IMG/VR virus record: IMGVR_UViG_3300007516_000015
Span: 4,136 to 68,135 of that record
Direction: 5' to 3' (one strand)
Source: a virus
Length of the DNA: 64,000 nt
The notes beneath the pieces were generated by a model. It was given only the letters and a program-made list of their open reading frames with translations, was not told where the DNA came from and ran no database searches. Of the stretch, positions 60,788-64,000 are shown in pieces (within the stretch, counting starts at the first letter, position 1; the number at the start of each line of letters is the position of its first letter). Both the position numbers and the translations under genes were made by a program.

Positions 60788-61591
60788 ATGAAAGAACTTA
60801 AACTTTGGCTTGAGGATTTTATCACCTATACTGAGAAGAAAATTCAATATATGAAAAACAGATTGGGAGACCACCGAAATCTTCGAAGATTTGAGGCTGA
60901 AGTTAGTATGGCTAAGAAGACTCTGGATAAAATGAGAACACTAACTTATGATGGTAAAGTAATTGGGAATGCTCATATACCAGATAATGATATTACACGA
61001 ATGTCTGTTGAAATCACAACCGATGAAGGGAAGAAAATAATAGACGGGATTCTTAATCAAACGATTGGGGTTTCTTCAAGAAAAATAGATGAGGTTCCAG
61101 TTGTTACCCGTTTTTTAGTTGTTCATGACAACCAAAAAGGTGAAAAAGGATATATGGAAACAGTTTGGACTGATGAAGAGTTATCTTTTCGGTGGAGTGT
61201 AATTTCAGAACATAAAAATAAAGACGAAGCGAGAATATCAGCGGAGATTTATAAAAACAAAATGAATATTATGAAAAAAATGGAAGCAATTGATTTTTTA
61301 ATTGAAATCAGAGATTATTTAGAAGCAAAATATGGTAAGAATTACGATTTTTCACCAACAATGATTGACCCAGTTACATTTGCTCTTCAAATGGCGATTA
61401 TGGAAAAAACAAGTCATGGTGTTGAACGTAGATTTGATTTGTTTATAAAAGATAGGGGTGAACAGATAAAAAATAAGCCTATAGAACAAGTTAGGGAAGA
61501 ACTTATTAAAAAATGGGAAGCTTCAGGTTTTTTAGATGGGCTTAAAGGAGTTGAATCGGAAAACGATTGTCCTCAACAACCAGAAGTTTAA
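60788..61591 (+). CDS. mosaic hypothetical protein
   Basis: 267 aa containing IGVSSR and KKWEASGFLDGLKG segments. Confidence 0.6.
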   Translation: MKELKLWLEDFITYTEKKIQYMKNRLGDHRNLRRFEAEVSMAKKTLDKMRTLTYDGKVIGNAHIPDNDITRMSVEITTDEGKKIIDGILNQTIGVSSRKIDEVPVVTRFLVVHDNQKGEKGYMETVWTDEELSFRWSVISEHKNKDEARISAEIYKNKMNIMKKMEAIDFLIEIRDYLEAKYGKNYDFSPTMIDPVTFALQMAIMEKTSHGVERRFDLFIKDRGEQIKNKPIEQVREELIKKWEASGFLDGLKGVESENDCPQQPEV

Positions 61592-61595
61592 AACA

Positions 61596-61991
61596 ATGGA
61601 AAAATGTTATTTAGTAGTAGTGTGTTTGGATAACATACACTACATTCAACTAGCGAATTCAGATGCTGGTTATTCACTATCTGCTTTTAATACGAAAGAT
61701 GAAGCACTGGAACAATTTGACGGATTCAAACAAAAAGCGTTAAGTTCTTCTTACGAAGCCCATATAAGTGGTTCTATGGGGATATTAAACTTAGCCCCAC
61801 ATATTATTGAAGTGGAAAAAAATAACCCTGAAACATTAAGAGAATATCTAATTAAAGATAAGCCATACGAATTAAAAGGTAGTGTATTTGGTGCTTTTGT
61901 AAATATGGTTGGTGTAATGGTTAAAGAAGATATATTGAAACTATCTGTTTATGATGTTGCTAACGAATATATTAACGAAGTTTATTCTTAA
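61596..61991 (+). CDS. hypothetical protein
   Basis: ORF 61536-61991; non-overlapping ATG at 61596 preferred. Confidence 0.65.
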   Translation: MEKCYLVVVCLDNIHYIQLANSDAGYSLSAFNTKDEALEQFDGFKQKALSSSYEAHISGSMGILNLAPHIIEVEKNNPETLREYLIKDKPYELKGSVFGAFVNMVGVMVKEDILKLSVYDVANEYINEVYS

Positions 61992-62040
61992 TCATTTCTG
62001 TGGAGGCTTTAAAAATTATCACTAAATAAAAGTACAAATA

Positions 62041-62217
62041 ATGAATAATAAAATGATAAACGAAGAATTACGGAAAAGAGAACAAGTGGGTAACAAGAGT
62101 TTAAATAAACCTACTATCATACAGCACACTGAACAGCTTGTTGTTAATTGTAATTACTGTGGACGATTATACCCCGAAACGATGTGTAAGTTACACCCAG
62201 CCCAATGCAAACTTTAA
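62041..62217 (+). CDS. small Cys-containing hypothetical protein; absent from the ORF track
   Basis: 58 aa read by hand, ends CNYCGRLYPETMCKLHPAQCKL; fills the intergenic gap. Confidence 0.5.
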   Translation: MNNKMINEELRKREQVGNKSLNKPTIIQHTEQLVVNCNYCGRLYPETMCKLHPAQCKL

Positions 62218-62242
62218 ATCAAGATAATACAAAAAAAAAATT

Positions 62243-62575
62243 ATGGAAAATTTAGAATGTAAAGATGATATTTCTTATTTAACGGAGAAAAGGAACGATG
62301 AGCTTGAAAGATTCGATGGTTTAATCAAAACTGGTGAAACAGATGAAAGAATTGAGAATTGTTTCAATTCACAATTTCCGATTGTGAAAAATATGCCAAT
62401 AAGATTACTTGTTGATGATGTTGAAGGTGTGACTATTGACGAAGCGAGAGAGACTATGAAAAAGATGTTTGAAAAATTTGAAATAATAACTGGGTATAAA
62501 CCAATTATTGTTGGAAATGAATCACCAACAAAAGTGTTGTTTCCACCTGAAAATATTGAACCAACAGATGGATAA
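62243..62575 (+). CDS. hypothetical protein
   Basis: 110 aa ORF. Confidence 0.6.
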   Translation: MENLECKDDISYLTEKRNDELERFDGLIKTGETDERIENCFNSQFPIVKNMPIRLLVDDVEGVTIDEARETMKKMFEKFEIITGYKPIIVGNESPTKVLFPPENIEPTDG

Positions 62576-63149
62576 AGTAGTTAAAACAAATTGGTCAGAA
62601 AGACTGAAATACGGGGTTAAAAAATTTGGATGGGATAGTGATTTCATAAAATCATTTCTTAGTATGACGGCTCAATTAAGACATCATGAACTGGATAAGT
62701 TTTTTGATGATTATCTGATTCCAAACCCGATTGAAAAGGATACAGACTTTAAAAGCGGTTCGTTGTATCCTACAGACGATGAAATATTAAAAATGGTTGA
62801 AGATTTCACTAAAGACTTAAATGTTAGTAACGCCACTAAAAGAGCTACCGAATTTGGTTATCAAGAAGGAATTTATAAGATGATAGATATTTGGAAGCGG
62901 TCAAACAATGAACTAGACTGCCCTTACGACTTTACAAGTAGATGTACGATAGATAGGTGTGACTGTAAACCAAAAACAAATTGGACACAAGAACTTCAAG
63001 ATGAATTGAAGAAAGATATTGAAGAGTTACGAAACGAATTTAATTCTGAAAAACTTGAACAAATTATAAAGACTGAAGTTGATAGTGAAACAGGTGTTAT
63101 TAAATTACCGAAACATAAAATGAAAACACCAAAAGATTATTACTTATAA
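62568..63149 (+). CDS. hypothetical protein with CPYDFTSRC..RCDC motif
   Basis: ORF 62508-63149; ATG at 62568 preferred. Confidence 0.6.
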   Translation: MDKVVKTNWSERLKYGVKKFGWDSDFIKSFLSMTAQLRHHELDKFFDDYLIPNPIEKDTDFKSGSLYPTDDEILKMVEDFTKDLNVSNATKRATEFGYQEGIYKMIDIWKRSNNELDCPYDFTSRCTIDRCDCKPKTNWTQELQDELKKDIEELRNEFNSEKLEQIIKTEVDSETGVIKLPKHKMKTPKDYYL

Positions 63150-63258
63150 CTTTTCTAAATAAATAAAAATATGGTTAGAATGTTAGCAATAGATAGGTGT
63201 GGTGAAGTTATATACGTGTAAACTTCATTAGAATTACAAAATTTAATATTAAGATAAA

Positions 63259-63405
63259 ATGTCAAAAGAAGACGAAATTCGTGCTATTAATTATGTTGAA
63301 TATTACGAAAAGGTAGACCCAATAAAAAGATTTTCTTTAAGTGAATTAATGTCGATGACAGAAATGGAACTACTTAAACTTATGCCACAAAATCAATCCG
63401 TTTAG
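63259..63405 (+). CDS. small hypothetical protein; absent from the ORF track
   Basis: 48 aa read by hand, MSKEDEIRAINYVEYYEK..., A-rich start. Confidence 0.45.
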   Translation: MSKEDEIRAINYVEYYEKVDPIKRFSLSELMSMTEMELLKLMPQNQSV

Positions 63406-63451
63406 GTGGGATTAATAAATAAAACTGAATATTTATATATAAAGCAAAACT

Positions 63452-63952
63452 ATGAGCAAAGAGATGAGAGAACTAATAAACAAGGTTAAGAACTTTGGTG
63501 AGTTTTTGAATGAAAATGTATTAATTAACGATGTTAATTTATTAATTTCTAAATATTATGAAAATAATTTAGGTGTTGATTTATATGATGAAAATAATGT
63601 CGATTTCTACAACGATATTGTTAAAGTAATAAATAAAACTAATGTCTTTTTAAATGAAAAAAAAGATAAAGTTTTATATAGAATTATTAATGCTGATACC
63701 GTTGATTACAATAAACTTGGATTGCACTATGTCTCTAATTTAAAAGATATAAATACTAATTTTTTATTTAACATCGGGCTTGGCTTTCATGATAGTTGGG
63801 ATAATTATAAAATAATTAAAATAAAAGTACCGTACAGTGATATTGATATTAATAATACATATTTCCATAATATAAACAACCCAACAGAATTTGAAATTAA
63901 TCTAAAAACAGATAAGAACATCAAGATTTTAGATACGTTTAAATATAAATAA
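63452..63952 (+). CDS. putative virion-packaged protein with ADP-ribosyltransferase-like motifs
   Basis: MSKEMRELINKVKNFGEFLNE leader; VLYR, GLHYVS, TEFEI; TATTTAT at 63430-63436. Confidence 0.5.
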   Translation: MSKEMRELINKVKNFGEFLNENVLINDVNLLISKYYENNLGVDLYDENNVDFYNDIVKVINKTNVFLNEKKDKVLYRIINADTVDYNKLGLHYVSNLKDINTNFLFNIGLGFHDSWDNYKIIKIKVPYSDIDINNTYFHNINNPTEFEINLKTDKNIKILDTFKYK

Positions 63953-64000
63953 TATGTGTTTGATTTTTCTTTTAAAATTTTTAACCGAAATGTTGATTAA

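Overview
AT-rich, gene-dense segment, almost entirely on the + strand, from a large T4-like/jumbo myophage. A Bacteroidota host is inferred from repeated TTG-N19/20-TAnnTTTG promoters, A-rich Shine-Dalgarno-less starts, a short sigma70 and an Hc1-like protein. Gene order: replication/recombination (gp32-like SSB, RecA/UvsX, 5'-3' exonuclease, DnaB), class Ia ribonucleotide reductase, a ~28 kb baseplate/tail module with a long SHAEG-repeat fibre, a second DNA-metabolism block (RuvC-like, primase, PD-(D/E)XK nuclease, SbcD/SbcC, sigma70), lysis and putative head genes, then small accessory ORFs. The main signal is nrdA fractured by a naturally split intein around a free-standing Vsr-like endonuclease gene. 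The start of that gene sits in the loop of a 13-bp hairpin overlapping a putative late promoter. Other candidates: a recently duplicated ~240-aa domain bracketing a nucleotidyltransferase + fibre cassette, a putative packaged ADP-ribosyltransferase, and a mosaic ORF with capsid- and protease-like fragments. All product calls come from motifs recognised by eye; no searches were run.
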